From assembly GCA_964594965.1 (NCBI GenBank), contig CAZQMX010000001.1, positions 25,667 through 89,666 on the forward strand: a stretch of 64,000 nt of DNA, written 5' to 3'. This document shows, piece by piece, positions 9,819 through 18,848 of this stretch. The position numbers and the translations under genes were made by a program. Every line of letters starts with the position of its first letter. Position 1 is the first letter of the stretch. A model generated the notes under the pieces. It did no database searches. It saw only the letters and a program-made list of their open reading frames with translations, and was not told the origin of the DNA. Source of the stretch: an uncultured Candidatus Saccharibacteria bacterium. Its GTDB lineage: Bacteria; Patescibacteriota; Minisyncoccia; Portnoybacterales; UBA2143.

Positions 9819-10349
9819 ATGAAAAGAAAAGGATTGTTTTTGGTCGTTTTGGTTATGTCGTTTTCGTTGATTCTGGGCTGTGGAACACTTGCTAAATTAA
9901 AACAGCCCAAAGGCCCGGAATTCGCAGAAGAGGTTGGAAAAAGATTGTTTACCCGCGAGGATAAAGAAACAGGCGAATATATACCCGTATCTAGAAAATG
10001 GGGTTACAAAGTGCTGGCTTACGGAAAAGGAATCTGGAGAAAGTTGGTAAAAACATCAGCTAACGGGAAAAAGGAGTTCAAAGATATAGAAATCGACTGG
10101 GGCGCCTATTCGATTGAAACAGAGGCTGGACAGACTCAAGTAGATATTTTCATGAATCAAAAGATTTCCCGGGGAAAAATAAGGGAGTTTATGAAAAAGA
10201 AAAAACCCGGAGATACATTTTATCATGGAGGGTACCCAAGTATCCCCAAATCAACTCTCTTTGTTTTCCGGGGAATAAGCGAACTACCGGGACCAATAGG
10301 AGAGTTGGCGGACAAAGGAATCAAATTAACGGTTAGCGAATATTTTTAA
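9819..10349 (+). CDS. lipoprotein, function unknown
   Basis: Signal peptide with a lipobox LILGC. Preceded by a GGAGG ribosome-binding site. Confidence 0.45.
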   Translation: MKRKGLFLVVLVMSFSLILGCGTLAKLKQPKGPEFAEEVGKRLFTREDKETGEYIPVSRKWGYKVLAYGKGIWRKLVKTSANGKKEFKDIEIDWGAYSIETEAGQTQVDIFMNQKISRGKIREFMKKKKPGDTFYHGGYPSIPKSTLFVFRGISELPGPIGELADKGIKLTVSEYF

Positions 10350-10412
10350 CAATTGACCAAGGCGGGTACTCTGTGTGTGGGTACCCGCTAAAAATTATCA
10401 AAGGAGCGACCA

Positions 10413-10580
10413 ATGAGAATCTTAAGGCGTTTCCTCTGGTTGGTGGTCTTGGCCGTAATCGTCTCTGGCTTCTATTTTTTTCTTTTTTCGAAGGCAAGGC
10501 CGTTCATGGAAATTATTGGGGAGACTATGACGGTTAAAGAAAAATACTGGAGGGAAGCAATAAGGCACTTTAAACCATAG
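10413..10580 (+). CDS. possible 55-aa membrane peptide (not in the ORF track)
   Basis: ATG preceded by AAAGGAG. One TM helix. Lies in a locally GC-richer island flanked by hairpins. Could be spurious. Confidence 0.2.
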   Translation: MRILRRFLWLVVLAVIVSGFYFFLFSKARPFMEIIGETMTVKEKYWREAIRHFKP

Positions 10581-10581
10581 A

Positions 10582-10616
10582 AGCAGGCGCTCAAAACAGG
10601 CGCCTGCTTTCACTTT
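10582..10616 (+). terminator. rho-independent terminator
   Basis: AAGCAGGCGC-tcaaaaca-GGCGCCTGCTT followed by T-rich sequence. Confidence 0.5.
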
Positions 10617-10648
10617 CAAGGAACATTTTTGTCTGATATAATCAGATA

Positions 10649-11236
10649 ATGAATAAGATTGATAAAAGATTAAAAAAAATAAAAGAAGAAGTTATTGAAT
10701 GCCAGAAATGTCCTTTATCTAAATCCAGAACTCTGCCTGTTATTGGACGGGGTAATCATCAGGCAAATATTGTTTTTATTGGCGAAGGCCCGGGATTTAA
10801 TGAGGATAAAACCGGTGTTCCTTTTTGCGGACAAGCCGGCAATATTTTGGATGAACTTTTTAATTCAATTAAATACCAGAGAAAAGATGCTTATGTCTGT
10901 AATATTCTAAAATGCCGACCGCCTAATAATCGCAACCCGGAGAAAAATGAAATTGAGGCCTGTACGCCATATTTAGAAAAACAGGTTAAGATTATTCAGC
11001 CAAAAGTAATTGCAACCATGGGTAATTACGCAACATCATTTATCCTTGAAAAATATGGATTAAAGGATAAGATAGAAGGCATTAGCAGAATTCACGGAAA
11101 AGTTTTTCAGACAGAAGGAATGAAAATTATTCCTCTTTATCATCCGGCGGTAGCAGTTTACAACGCTAATATGAAAGAAACGCTTAAAAAAGATTTTAAG
11201 ATTTTGTCTGAAACTTTGAGCGCGGAGCGCGAATAA
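10649..11236 (+). CDS. uracil-DNA glycosylase, family 4
   Basis: CxxCxL at the N-terminus and GEGPGxxED/GxPFxGxAG motifs. Confidence 0.7.
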   Translation: MNKIDKRLKKIKEEVIECQKCPLSKSRTLPVIGRGNHQANIVFIGEGPGFNEDKTGVPFCGQAGNILDELFNSIKYQRKDAYVCNILKCRPPNNRNPEKNEIEACTPYLEKQVKIIQPKVIATMGNYATSFILEKYGLKDKIEGISRIHGKVFQTEGMKIIPLYHPAVAVYNANMKETLKKDFKILSETLSAERE

Positions 11237-11471
11237 GGTTTTAGTAACAAAATCTTACCCCGTTGTATAACGGGGTAGTCAACTTTATTTAAACATGGTT
11301 AGACCAAGAAAAAGGCGATTAGGATAAATAAGAAATAGAGTTTGTCTAAAGCTCCGAAAATCAAATTTTTGAATCGCTTAGCCCTACCCTCGCTCTGCTC
11401 GGGCAGCGCGCCCACGCCTACTCTTCAAAAATTTATTTTCTGCGCTTTATATACAGGACATCTAGATTAAC

Positions 11472-12605
11472 ATGAGAAGAAATAACAAAAAAGTAGTTGT
11501 TGGATTATCAGGCGGAGTTGATTCCTCCGTCTCTTTATTATGCCTCAAAAAACAAGGGTATGAGCCAATCGGGGTTTCTTTTAAATATGATCTCTGGAAA
11601 AACAAAAAAAACAAACTTAAAGAGAATATCTGCTGTTCTGAAAAATCATTTGCCATTGCCAGAGAAATTTGTCAGAAATTAGATGTTCAATATCATATTA
11701 TTGACGATACGATTGATTTCAAAGATAAAGTCATTGGCTATTTTCTCAAAACCCTAAAAGATAAAAAAACGCCCAATCCTTGTTTAATTTGCAATCGCTT
11801 TGTTAAATTTGATAAATTAATTAAGTTTGCTCATAAAATGGATGTCCAATATATTGCCACTGGCCATTATGCTCGGGTAAAAAAACAAGGCAATTCATAT
11901 CAACTTTTGAAAGCAAAAGACAAAACCAAAGACCAAAGTTACTTTTTAGCCCTTTTGGGACAAAAAGAATTATCAAGAATAATTTTTCCTTTAGGGAATT
12001 ATACTAAAAAGCAAGTTTATCAAATTGCCAAAAAACAAGGTTTTGATGCTTTTGAAAAAACCAAACAGAGTCAGGATTTATGCTTTGTTGCCTCCCAATC
12101 AATCCCATTCTTTTTAGAAGAGAAACTTGGATTAGAGCCGGGGAAAATAGTTGATATTGATAACAATATTTTAGGCGAACACAAGGGTTTATATTTTTAT
12201 ACTATTGGCCAGAGAAAAGGATTAAATCTTTCAGGTGGCCCTTGGTATGTAATTGGCTTTGATAAAATCAAAAATTATCTTATAATAACTAATAAGGAAA
12301 AAGATCCAAATCTTTACAAAAAAGAAATTATTCTTTCTGATTTCAGTTTTGTTTCTGGTCAAATACCAAAGGAAGAAATTAAAGTTAAAGCCAAGACCAG
12401 ATTTAGCCAGAAGCCGGCTTTGGCTAAAATTTATCCTCCTAAAAAGAAAAAATTAAAATTAATTTTTGAGAAATCTCAAAAAGCAATTACCCCCGGCCAA
12501 TGGGCAGTTTTTTATAAAGGCGATGTCTGTCTCGGCGGAGGAATAATATTATCGGAGGTTCGACCTCCGATAGTAAAGTCGGAGGTTCGACCTCCGAAAG
12601 TCTAA
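11472..12605 (+). CDS. mnmA: tRNA-specific 2-thiouridylase MnmA
   Basis: PP-loop SGGVDSS with catalytic cysteines. The C-terminal 18 aa (SEVRPPIVKSEVRPPKV) are encoded by two copies of the 17-nt palindrome. Confidence 0.8.
   Translation: MRRNNKKVVVGLSGGVDSSVSLLCLKKQGYEPIGVSFKYDLWKNKKNKLKENICCSEKSFAIAREICQKLDVQYHIIDDTIDFKDKVIGYFLKTLKDKKTPNPCLICNRFVKFDKLIKFAHKMDVQYIATGHYARVKKQGNSYQLLKAKDKTKDQSYFLALLGQKELSRIIFPLGNYTKKQVYQIAKKQGFDAFEKTKQSQDLCFVASQSIPFFLEEKLGLEPGKIVDIDNNILGEHKGLYFYTIGQRKGLNLSGGPWYVIGFDKIKNYLIITNKEKDPNLYKKEIILSDFSFVSGQIPKEEIKVKAKTRFSQKPALAKIYPPKKKKLKLIFEKSQKAITPGQWAVFYKGDVCLGGGIILSEVRPPIVKSEVRPPKV
12553..12596 (+). repeat. two tandem copies of the 17-nt palindrome CGGAGGTTCGACCTCCG
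   Basis: Exact copies at 12553-12569 and 12580-12596. The same 17-mer occurs at 36234 and, on the other strand, at 51870. Confidence 0.8.
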
Positions 12606-13727
12606 ATGAAGAAAATAATTAGTCTAGTTTTAATATCTTTTGTTTTTCTCGGGCTTTTTAGTTTTGCCCTGGCTCAGGGAGAAACAACCAGAATTGACTA
12701 TTTCTACGCCAGCACCTGTCCCAACTGCGAAAAAGCCAGTGCTTTTTTGGATGAGCTTGAGGATAAATATCCGGACTTGGAAATCATCCGCTATGAAATT
12801 TTATCAAGCCAGGAGAATGCCGAATTGCTTTTAAGTTTTTTCAAAGAAAGGGGAGAACTCTCGATTATTCAGGTCCCGGCTATTTTTATCGGCCAGGAAT
12901 CAATCATTGGTTATCTAAACGACGAAACCACCGGTAAAAAAATTAAAGGTTTAATCAAAGGAAATGGCAAAGAAGAAATTATTAAATACCCTCTTATTGG
13001 AGAAATTAATTTATCAAAATTATCTTTGCCGGTTTTGACTGTTGTTGTTGCGGCTCTGGACGGATTTAATCCCTGCGCCATGTGGGTTCTTTTGTTTTTA
13101 ATCGCTCTTTTGATTAATGTTAAATCAAGGAAGAGAATGTGGCTGGTCGGCGGAACCTTTATTGCTGCTTCTGGAATCGTCTATTTTCTTTTGCTTTCTG
13201 CCTGGCTCAACTTATTTTTATTCATTAGTTATGTTAGTTTAACCAGAATCATTATCGGAATTTTAGCCATCGGAGTTGGAACCTGGCAATTAAGAAAGTT
13301 TGCCACTTACCAGTCCGGGGTTTGCGAAGTTGCGCCGGTTGGAAGTAAATGGCATGAGCGGCTAACTAATAGGGCCAAGCAAGTAGTCCAATCAAATGCC
13401 TTGCCGGCCACGTTTCTTGGTGTTATCTTTTTAGCCCTTGGAGTTAATTTAGTTGAATTTTTCTGTTCAGCCGGACTACCAGCAATTTATACCCGGATAT
13501 TATCCCTAAATCAATTAAATTCTTTAGGTTATTATCTCTACCTTCTTTTATACACTTTCATCTTTATGCTTGACGACCTGATTATATTCGCCATTGCTAT
13601 TATTACTCTTTCTAAAATTGGATTTACCGAGAAGTATAATCGGTGGGCGACTCTGATTGGGGGACTGGTAATTCTGATTTTAGGAATTCTTTTAATTTTC
13701 AAACCTGATTTTCTGGCATTTGGGTAA
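12606..13727 (+). CDS. thioredoxin-fold domain (CPNC) fused to a DsbD/CcdA-like transmembrane disulfide-transfer domain
   Basis: Signal peptide, a CPNC thioredoxin motif, then a polytopic domain with membrane-embedded Cys (NPCAMW, FFCSAG). Confidence 0.45.
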   Translation: MKKIISLVLISFVFLGLFSFALAQGETTRIDYFYASTCPNCEKASAFLDELEDKYPDLEIIRYEILSSQENAELLLSFFKERGELSIIQVPAIFIGQESIIGYLNDETTGKKIKGLIKGNGKEEIIKYPLIGEINLSKLSLPVLTVVVAALDGFNPCAMWVLLFLIALLINVKSRKRMWLVGGTFIAASGIVYFLLLSAWLNLFLFISYVSLTRIIIGILAIGVGTWQLRKFATYQSGVCEVAPVGSKWHERLTNRAKQVVQSNALPATFLGVIFLALGVNLVEFFCSAGLPAIYTRILSLNQLNSLGYYLYLLLYTFIFMLDDLIIFAIAIITLSKIGFTEKYNRWATLIGGLVILILGILLIFKPDFLAFG

Positions 13728-13733
13728 AAACCC

Positions 13734-13757
13734 TTGACAAGGAATTCCAGCTATAAT
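13734..13757 (+). promoter_or_regulatory. consensus TTGACA and TATAAT hexamers with only ~12-nt spacing
   Basis: Both hexamers are perfect but the spacer is too short for a canonical sigma-70 promoter, so this is uncertain. A long hairpin and a terminator lie downstream. Confidence 0.25.
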
Positions 13758-13917
13758 ACGCTTTATTCAACGGACTGGATAGAAGACTGTTTTCGAGGGT
13801 GGTCTTTATCTGGCGTCCAGTCCGTTCGTTCTAACTCCTTTGAAAAAAAACATAGCCGTAGGCAACAGAACAGTCCTGCGGCTTTTTTATTTCTTAAATT
13901 TCTTGTATAATAAAAAC

Positions 13918-14703
13918 ATGAAAAACATAAAGGAAATTACAAAAGAAGAATTAGATAATTTGAAAGCTATCACCTTTGATATCGACGGAGTCATTGCTCC
14001 GATTGGGACGAAAATAAAGGAAACTATTGACGAAGATAGTATTGATTTATACATGGAATCAAAGAAACTTTCTGACAAATTTATCCAAACCCTTAAAAAA
14101 CTTGAAAAGCATCTTCGTCTTAATTTCTCATCCGGGAGAAACATTTTGTATCTCAAAAGCTTGGTTAATGAAATTTTTGACGAAAAAACAGTTCTTCAGG
14201 CAGAAAATGGCAATATTACCTGGGTTGATAACCAGATTACTCATCCAAAATATCCAAACGAATATTTTAACCTTTTAAGAGATTTAAAAGAGAAAATCAG
14301 GCAAATGAAAAAAACCGACGAAAGAATTCGCGGTTTTGAACCAAAGTTATTCATTTTAACTGTTCATTCTGAGCAAATGGAAGAAATTCCTAATTTAGTC
14401 AAAGAAATAGGGGGAGAGCAGCTTTATTGCCTTTGGACAAACGAGGGCTATGATATTGGCAGTCTTGATATGTCAAAAGGAAAGGGGATTGAAATTTTAG
14501 CCAAGGCTATGGGGATTAATCCAAAACAGATTATGACAACAGGGAATAATTACAATGACCAGCCCATGCTTGATGTTGGCAAAGGAGTATCAGTTAATCC
14601 TGAAAGAGTTAAAGGAGAATATTTTGTTGAGCATAAAAAAGAAGAACTCGGCGGAGAATTATTAGCCGAGTTCCTCTTAAAACATTTTGAAAATAAAAGT
14701 TAG
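13918..14703 (+). CDS. HAD-superfamily hydrolase (Cof/IIB-like phosphatase)
   Basis: FDIDGV motif I and a C-terminal GNNYNDQPM motif. Start moved to the ATG just after a TGTATAAT element, so the mRNA may be leaderless. Confidence 0.55.
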   Translation: MKNIKEITKEELDNLKAITFDIDGVIAPIGTKIKETIDEDSIDLYMESKKLSDKFIQTLKKLEKHLRLNFSSGRNILYLKSLVNEIFDEKTVLQAENGNITWVDNQITHPKYPNEYFNLLRDLKEKIRQMKKTDERIRGFEPKLFILTVHSEQMEEIPNLVKEIGGEQLYCLWTNEGYDIGSLDMSKGKGIEILAKAMGINPKQIMTTGNNYNDQPMLDVGKGVSVNPERVKGEYFVEHKKEELGGELLAEFLLKHFENKS

Positions 14704-15695
14704 ATTAATCCCATTTTCTGTTTGACTTTCTTTAATGTCTCTCCGGAAATCTTTTGAGCATCCTTGGCACCCTGGTCAAGGATTTTTTTAACCTGAGTCG
14801 GGTCTAGTTCCTTCATTTTTTTCTGAATGGGCTCTAATCCTTTAATAACAAGATCGGCCAGGTCTTTTTTGAATTGAGCATAACCCTTGCCCTTATATTT
14901 CTTTTCAATTCCTTCATAAGACAAACCAGAAAAACAATGATAAATTGTCATTAAATTGGCCACAGCAGGCTTTTTGGGAATATATTCAATTTCTTTTCCC
15001 GAATCTGTCACAGCTCTTTTAATCTTATTCTTAATTTCATCGGGAGAATCAGTCATAAACAGACAGCCCTGGGGAACGCTTTTAGACATCTTTTCAGAGG
15101 GGTCTGCCAAGGACATTATTCTTGCTCCGGCCCCGTAAACGAGGGCCTCGGGTATAATAAAAGTTTTTCCAAATTGATTGTTAAATTTTCGGGCAACTAT
15201 TCTGGTTAGTTCAATGTGTTGTTTTTGATCTTCGCCAACCGGAACAGCGTTGGTATTGTAAAGAAGGATATCCGAAGCCATCAAAACAGGATAACCGAAA
15301 AGCCCCATATTAATATTTTGCTTAAACTGGGCGGCTTTTTCTTTAAATTGAGTCATCCTTTCTAATTCAGAAACAGGAGTTATTGTATTTAAAAGCCAGG
15401 TTAGTTCGGTATGCTCCGGGACGTGGGATTGAACAAAAAGAGTGCATTTTTTAGGGTCTAGACCTGCGGCCAGATAAGTAGTAGCTAGGTCAAGAATATT
15501 TTTTTGCATTCCTTGAACGCTTTCAGGATTAGTTAAGGCGTGTAAATCCACAACACAAAAAATACAATCGTATTGGGACTGTAGTTCTACCCAGTTTTTA
15601 ATTGCACCCAAATAGTTGCCGATATGAATAGAACCAGTTGGCTGGATGCCGCTAAAAATTCTTCTTCGACTTTGCTCAGAATAAATTTTTTTCAT
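14700..15695 (-). CDS. trpS: tryptophan--tRNA ligase
   Basis: HIGH-type HIGN and KMSKS motifs, 331 aa. Confidence 0.85.
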   Translation of the reverse strand: MKKIYSEQSRRRIFSGIQPTGSIHIGNYLGAIKNWVELQSQYDCIFCVVDLHALTNPESVQGMQKNILDLATTYLAAGLDPKKCTLFVQSHVPEHTELTWLLNTITPVSELERMTQFKEKAAQFKQNINMGLFGYPVLMASDILLYNTNAVPVGEDQKQHIELTRIVARKFNNQFGKTFIIPEALVYGAGARIMSLADPSEKMSKSVPQGCLFMTDSPDEIKNKIKRAVTDSGKEIEYIPKKPAVANLMTIYHCFSGLSYEGIEKKYKGKGYAQFKKDLADLVIKGLEPIQKKMKELDPTQVKKILDQGAKDAQKISGETLKKVKQKMGLI

Positions 15696-15708
15696 CTAGA
15701 AATACTTA

Positions 15709-15778
15709 GTCATTCTGAACGAAACGAAGTGGAGTGAAGAATCTTTTTTACAGATCCTTCGCTAACGCTCAGGATGAC
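15709..15778 (-). repeat. MITE-like palindromic element, copy B (minus orientation)
   Basis: GTCATTCTGAAC...GAAGAATCT / AGATCCTTCGCT...CTCAGGATGAC. Sits 14 nt upstream of the trpS start. Confidence 0.7.
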
Positions 15779-15787
15779 AAAATAAGT

Positions 15788-16516
15788 TTATTTTTTATCT
15801 AATTTTTTAAAAGTTTTGATAATAGGTGAGAGATCACCGTCAATAATTTTATCCAAATTATGCCAGGATTTCTTAATCCGATGGTCAGTAATCCTGTTTT
15901 GCGGAAAATTGTATGTTCTGATTTTCTCTGCCCGCATGGCCATACCAATCTGTCCCTTTCTTTCATCGCCCCGTAGGGCCAGATCTTCTTCTCTTTTTTT
16001 AGCCAAAAGGCGAGCCCGCAGAACATTCATTGCTCTTTCCTTGTTTTGTTGTTGGGATCTTTCTTCCTGACAAGTAACCATTATTCCGGTCGGAGTATGA
16101 ATAATTCTAACAGCTGATTCAGTCTTATTAACATGCTGGCCACCCGGCCCAGAAGCTCTTAAAACATCGATCCTAACATCCTTTGGATTAATCTTTATTT
16201 CAGTTTCAGTTGCTTCTTCTAAAACAGCGACCGAAGCAGTTGAAGTATGGACTCGGCCTGATTTCTCTGTAGTTGGAACGCGCTGGACCCGATGAACTCC
16301 GCCTTCGTATTTTAACTCTTGATAAGCATTTTCTCCCTTTATTTCAAAAACAATTTCCTTGTAGCCGTTTAATTCAGATTGACTACTATTAATTAAAAGA
16401 GTTTTCCAGTTTTCCTTTTCAGCAAAGCGGGAATACATTCTAAAGAGGTCGCCAGCGAAAATGGCTGCTTCTTGTCCGCCGGCACCAGCTCTGATTTCAA
16501 TAATTACACCCTTCAT
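15788..16516 (-). CDS. prfA: peptide chain release factor 1, lacking the N-terminal domain 1
   Basis: GGQ motif and an RF1-type PxT tripeptide (PTT). 242 aa, beginning at the domain-2 sequence [11 protein letters not shown]. The upstream sequence encodes L31, not the missing domain. Confidence 0.7.
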   Translation of the reverse strand: MKGVIIEIRAGAGGQEAAIFAGDLFRMYSRFAEKENWKTLLINSSQSELNGYKEIVFEIKGENAYQELKYEGGVHRVQRVPTTEKSGRVHTSTASVAVLEEATETEIKINPKDVRIDVLRASGPGGQHVNKTESAVRIIHTPTGIMVTCQEERSQQQNKERAMNVLRARLLAKKREEDLALRGDERKGQIGMAMRAEKIRTYNFPQNRITDHRIKKSWHNLDKIIDGDLSPIIKTFKKLDKK

Positions 16517-16749
16517 TTTTTCTTTTTAGTTTTTAAGCCAAGTTTCTTTTCTCTTTTAGCCAATCTTTGCCTGAATTTTTCAACCTGGCCGGTTTCAATA
16601 ATTTTTTCCTTGCCGGTATAAAATGGATGGCATTGAGAACAGATTTCAACTTCCATATTTTCCTGAGTTGAACCAATTTCAAAGACTGCGCCGCAAGCGC
16701 ATTTAATCTTGGTGTCAGGATAATATTTCGGGTGGATATCTTTTTTCAT
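16513..16749 (-). CDS. rpmE: ribosomal protein L31
   Basis: [10 protein letters not shown]...CACG...[10 protein letters not shown]. The track ORF is trimmed to this internal Met. Confidence 0.8.
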   Translation of the reverse strand: MKKDIHPKYYPDTKIKCACGAVFEIGSTQENMEVEICSQCHPFYTGKEKIIETGQVEKFRQRLAKREKKLGLKTKKKK

Positions 16750-17029
16750 TAGGGATATCATAACAAACATTGATTTATTTTTCAAGATAGTATAGGATAA
16801 TGTTGTAAATAGGGGAGGGAGAAAGGCCTTTTCAAAAAAGGCGTTTTTTAAGAGTTTATGCCCGGTAGTAGAATTTCGATAATCGCCAAGAGCGATAAAA
16901 TACCGGAGCATAGTGTTAAAGCTAAGATTATTAATTTATTTCGATAGTAATCATAGAAATTCTATTATTAAAATCGAAATTTCACTACCGGGTATGGCAG
17001 AGAAGAAGACAAAAAAAACAAAGAAAAAA

Positions 17030-17710
17030 ATGGATCTGGAAAAGATTCTTCCCAGTTTGGAAGAAATGCTTAAGGCCGGAGTTCATTTTGGTCATCGGAC
17101 TTCAAGGAAAAATCCCAAAATGGACCCCTATGTCTTTACTTCCCGAAACAATGTCCATGTACTTGATTTAGAGAAATCAAGAGAAAAGTTCAAACAAGCC
17201 CTTGAATTCCTTTTGGAATTGAAAGAAAAGAATGGGATAATTGTTTTTGTCGGAACCAAGGTTTCTGCCAAGCAGATTACCAAAGATTCAGCCGAAGAAG
17301 TCAAAATGCCCTATGTGACAGAGAGATGGATTGGCGGAACCCTAACCAATTTTAAGGTTATCTCTAATAGATTAGAGTATTACCGCGATTTGGAAGAGAA
17401 AAGAAAAAGCGGGGAGTTAAAGAAATATACCAAGAAAGAACAGCATGAATTTAGTGTTGAACTTCAGAAATTAGAAAGGCAGTTTGGCGGGATCAAGAAT
17501 TTGGTTAAAACTCCAGATGCTCTTCTGGTTATTGATATCCAGAAGGAAAAACTGGCAGTCAAGGAAGCCGGAATGAAGAATATTCCGGTCGTCGGCCTCT
17601 GCGACACCAATGCCGATCCAACCCTAATTGATTACCCAATTCCATCCAATGATGATGCTATTTCATCTCTTAAATTAATCTTATCTACAATTGTTAAAGT
17701 ATTAAAATGA
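17030..17710 (+). CDS. rpsB: ribosomal protein S2
   Basis: LKAGVHFGH signature. Start chosen at MDLEKIL. Alternative ATG at 16994 and a track GTG at 16913. Ends with a TGA stop overlapping the tsf ATG. Confidence 0.8.
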   Translation: MDLEKILPSLEEMLKAGVHFGHRTSRKNPKMDPYVFTSRNNVHVLDLEKSREKFKQALEFLLELKEKNGIIVFVGTKVSAKQITKDSAEEVKMPYVTERWIGGTLTNFKVISNRLEYYRDLEEKRKSGELKKYTKKEQHEFSVELQKLERQFGGIKNLVKTPDALLVIDIQKEKLAVKEAGMKNIPVVGLCDTNADPTLIDYPIPSNDDAISSLKLILSTIVKVLK

Positions 17711-18165
17711 AAAATATGATATCAACTGAACAAATTAAAAATCTTCGCCAAAAAACAAATCTTTCTGTTATGGAATGTAAAAAAGCATTAACAGAAGCCA
17801 AGGGCGATGAGAAAAGAGCTCTTCAGATTTTAAGCAAAAGAGGGGCAGAAAAAGCAATTAAGAAATCCGAAAGAGAAACCAAACAGGGATTAATCGAATC
17901 ATACATCCACAACAATGGCAAAATCGGAGTAATTTTAGAACTCAACTGCGAAACAGACTTTGTTGCCAGAAATGAAGAGTTTAAGAATTTAGCTCATGAT
18001 TTAGCCATGCATACTGCTGCCCTGGAACCCAAGGATGAAAAAGAACTGCTTGAACAGCCTTTTATCAAGGACGAAAGCAAAACAGTCAAGGATTTAATTA
18101 CCGAAGCCGTTGCCAAACTGGGCGAGAATATTAAAGTTGGCAAATTTGTTCGGATAGAGATATGA
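17707..18165 (+). CDS. tsf: elongation factor Ts (short form, 152 aa)
   Basis: N-terminal UBA-like LSVMECKKAL and core TDFVARNEEF. Confidence 0.7.
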   Translation: MKNMISTEQIKNLRQKTNLSVMECKKALTEAKGDEKRALQILSKRGAEKAIKKSERETKQGLIESYIHNNGKIGVILELNCETDFVARNEEFKNLAHDLAMHTAALEPKDEKELLEQPFIKDESKTVKDLITEAVAKLGENIKVGKFVRIEI

Positions 18166-18848
18166 GTATTTTATCCTACATCTTCATCGGATTAGTTGGG
18201 TCAAGTTTAATTGGTCTGGGAATTGTTGTTTACCGCAAGATTCCTGTTTTAGCTAATCTCTCAGAAGAGGAGATGATGATTTTAATCAAGAAAAGGGGAT
18301 TGGTTGAAAAAACCAGAGAGGTTAATTACAAACAGCATTGGCTTAATTTAATTGTCACTCTCCAGAAGTTTTTAATGCGGGTCAGAATTATCTTCCTTAA
18401 AACCGAGAGTATCCTCGGAAAATGGATCGGCGGATTAAGAGGTAGTTCAAAAACAATGACCCAAAAATCAAAAGAATGGATTAGACAGAGGGAAATAAGG
18501 AGAAAAGAAAGACACAGCAAGTTAAATGGGAAAATAAATGGGAAGGAGCCGGAAGAATTTATTCTCCAGATAAACAAAGAAAAAACAAAACCCAAACCGG
18601 AAAAAGAAGAAGACGAAATTACTCTTGATGAATTAAATAAACCAATCAAAGAAGAACAGCAATGGATTGACCTGATTGTTGAGAATCCAAAAAATATTAC
18701 TGCTTACAAATTCCTGGGATTGTTTTACCATAAACAGCATAACTATTCTGATGCCAAAGCATCATTGGAAATGGCAGTCAAACTTGGCTCCAAAGACAAA
18801 AAAGTCAAAGATATCCTCAAGGAATTAAAAGAAATGGAAATAGAGTAG
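18162..18848 (+). CDS. hypothetical protein with an N-terminal TM helix and a TPR-like C-terminus
   Basis: ORF only. Confidence 0.3.
   Translation: MSILSYIFIGLVGSSLIGLGIVVYRKIPVLANLSEEEMMILIKKRGLVEKTREVNYKQHWLNLIVTLQKFLMRVRIIFLKTESILGKWIGGLRGSSKTMTQKSKEWIRQREIRRKERHSKLNGKINGKEPEEFILQINKEKTKPKPEKEEDEITLDELNKPIKEEQQWIDLIVENPKNITAYKFLGLFYHKQHNYSDAKASLEMAVKLGSKDKKVKDILKELKEMEIE

Noticed and set aside
13734-13757. Perfect TTGACA and TATAAT pair as a confident promoter
   Set aside because: The spacer is only about 12 nt, far from the 16-18 nt needed for sigma-70. It is kept only as a low-confidence regulatory candidate.
16913-17710. TGA recoding (code 4/25), as seen in some CPR lineages
   Set aside because: rpsB ends with TGA overlapping the tsf ATG (ATGA), and no well-supported gene here requires TGA read-through. 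The standard bacterial code applies.
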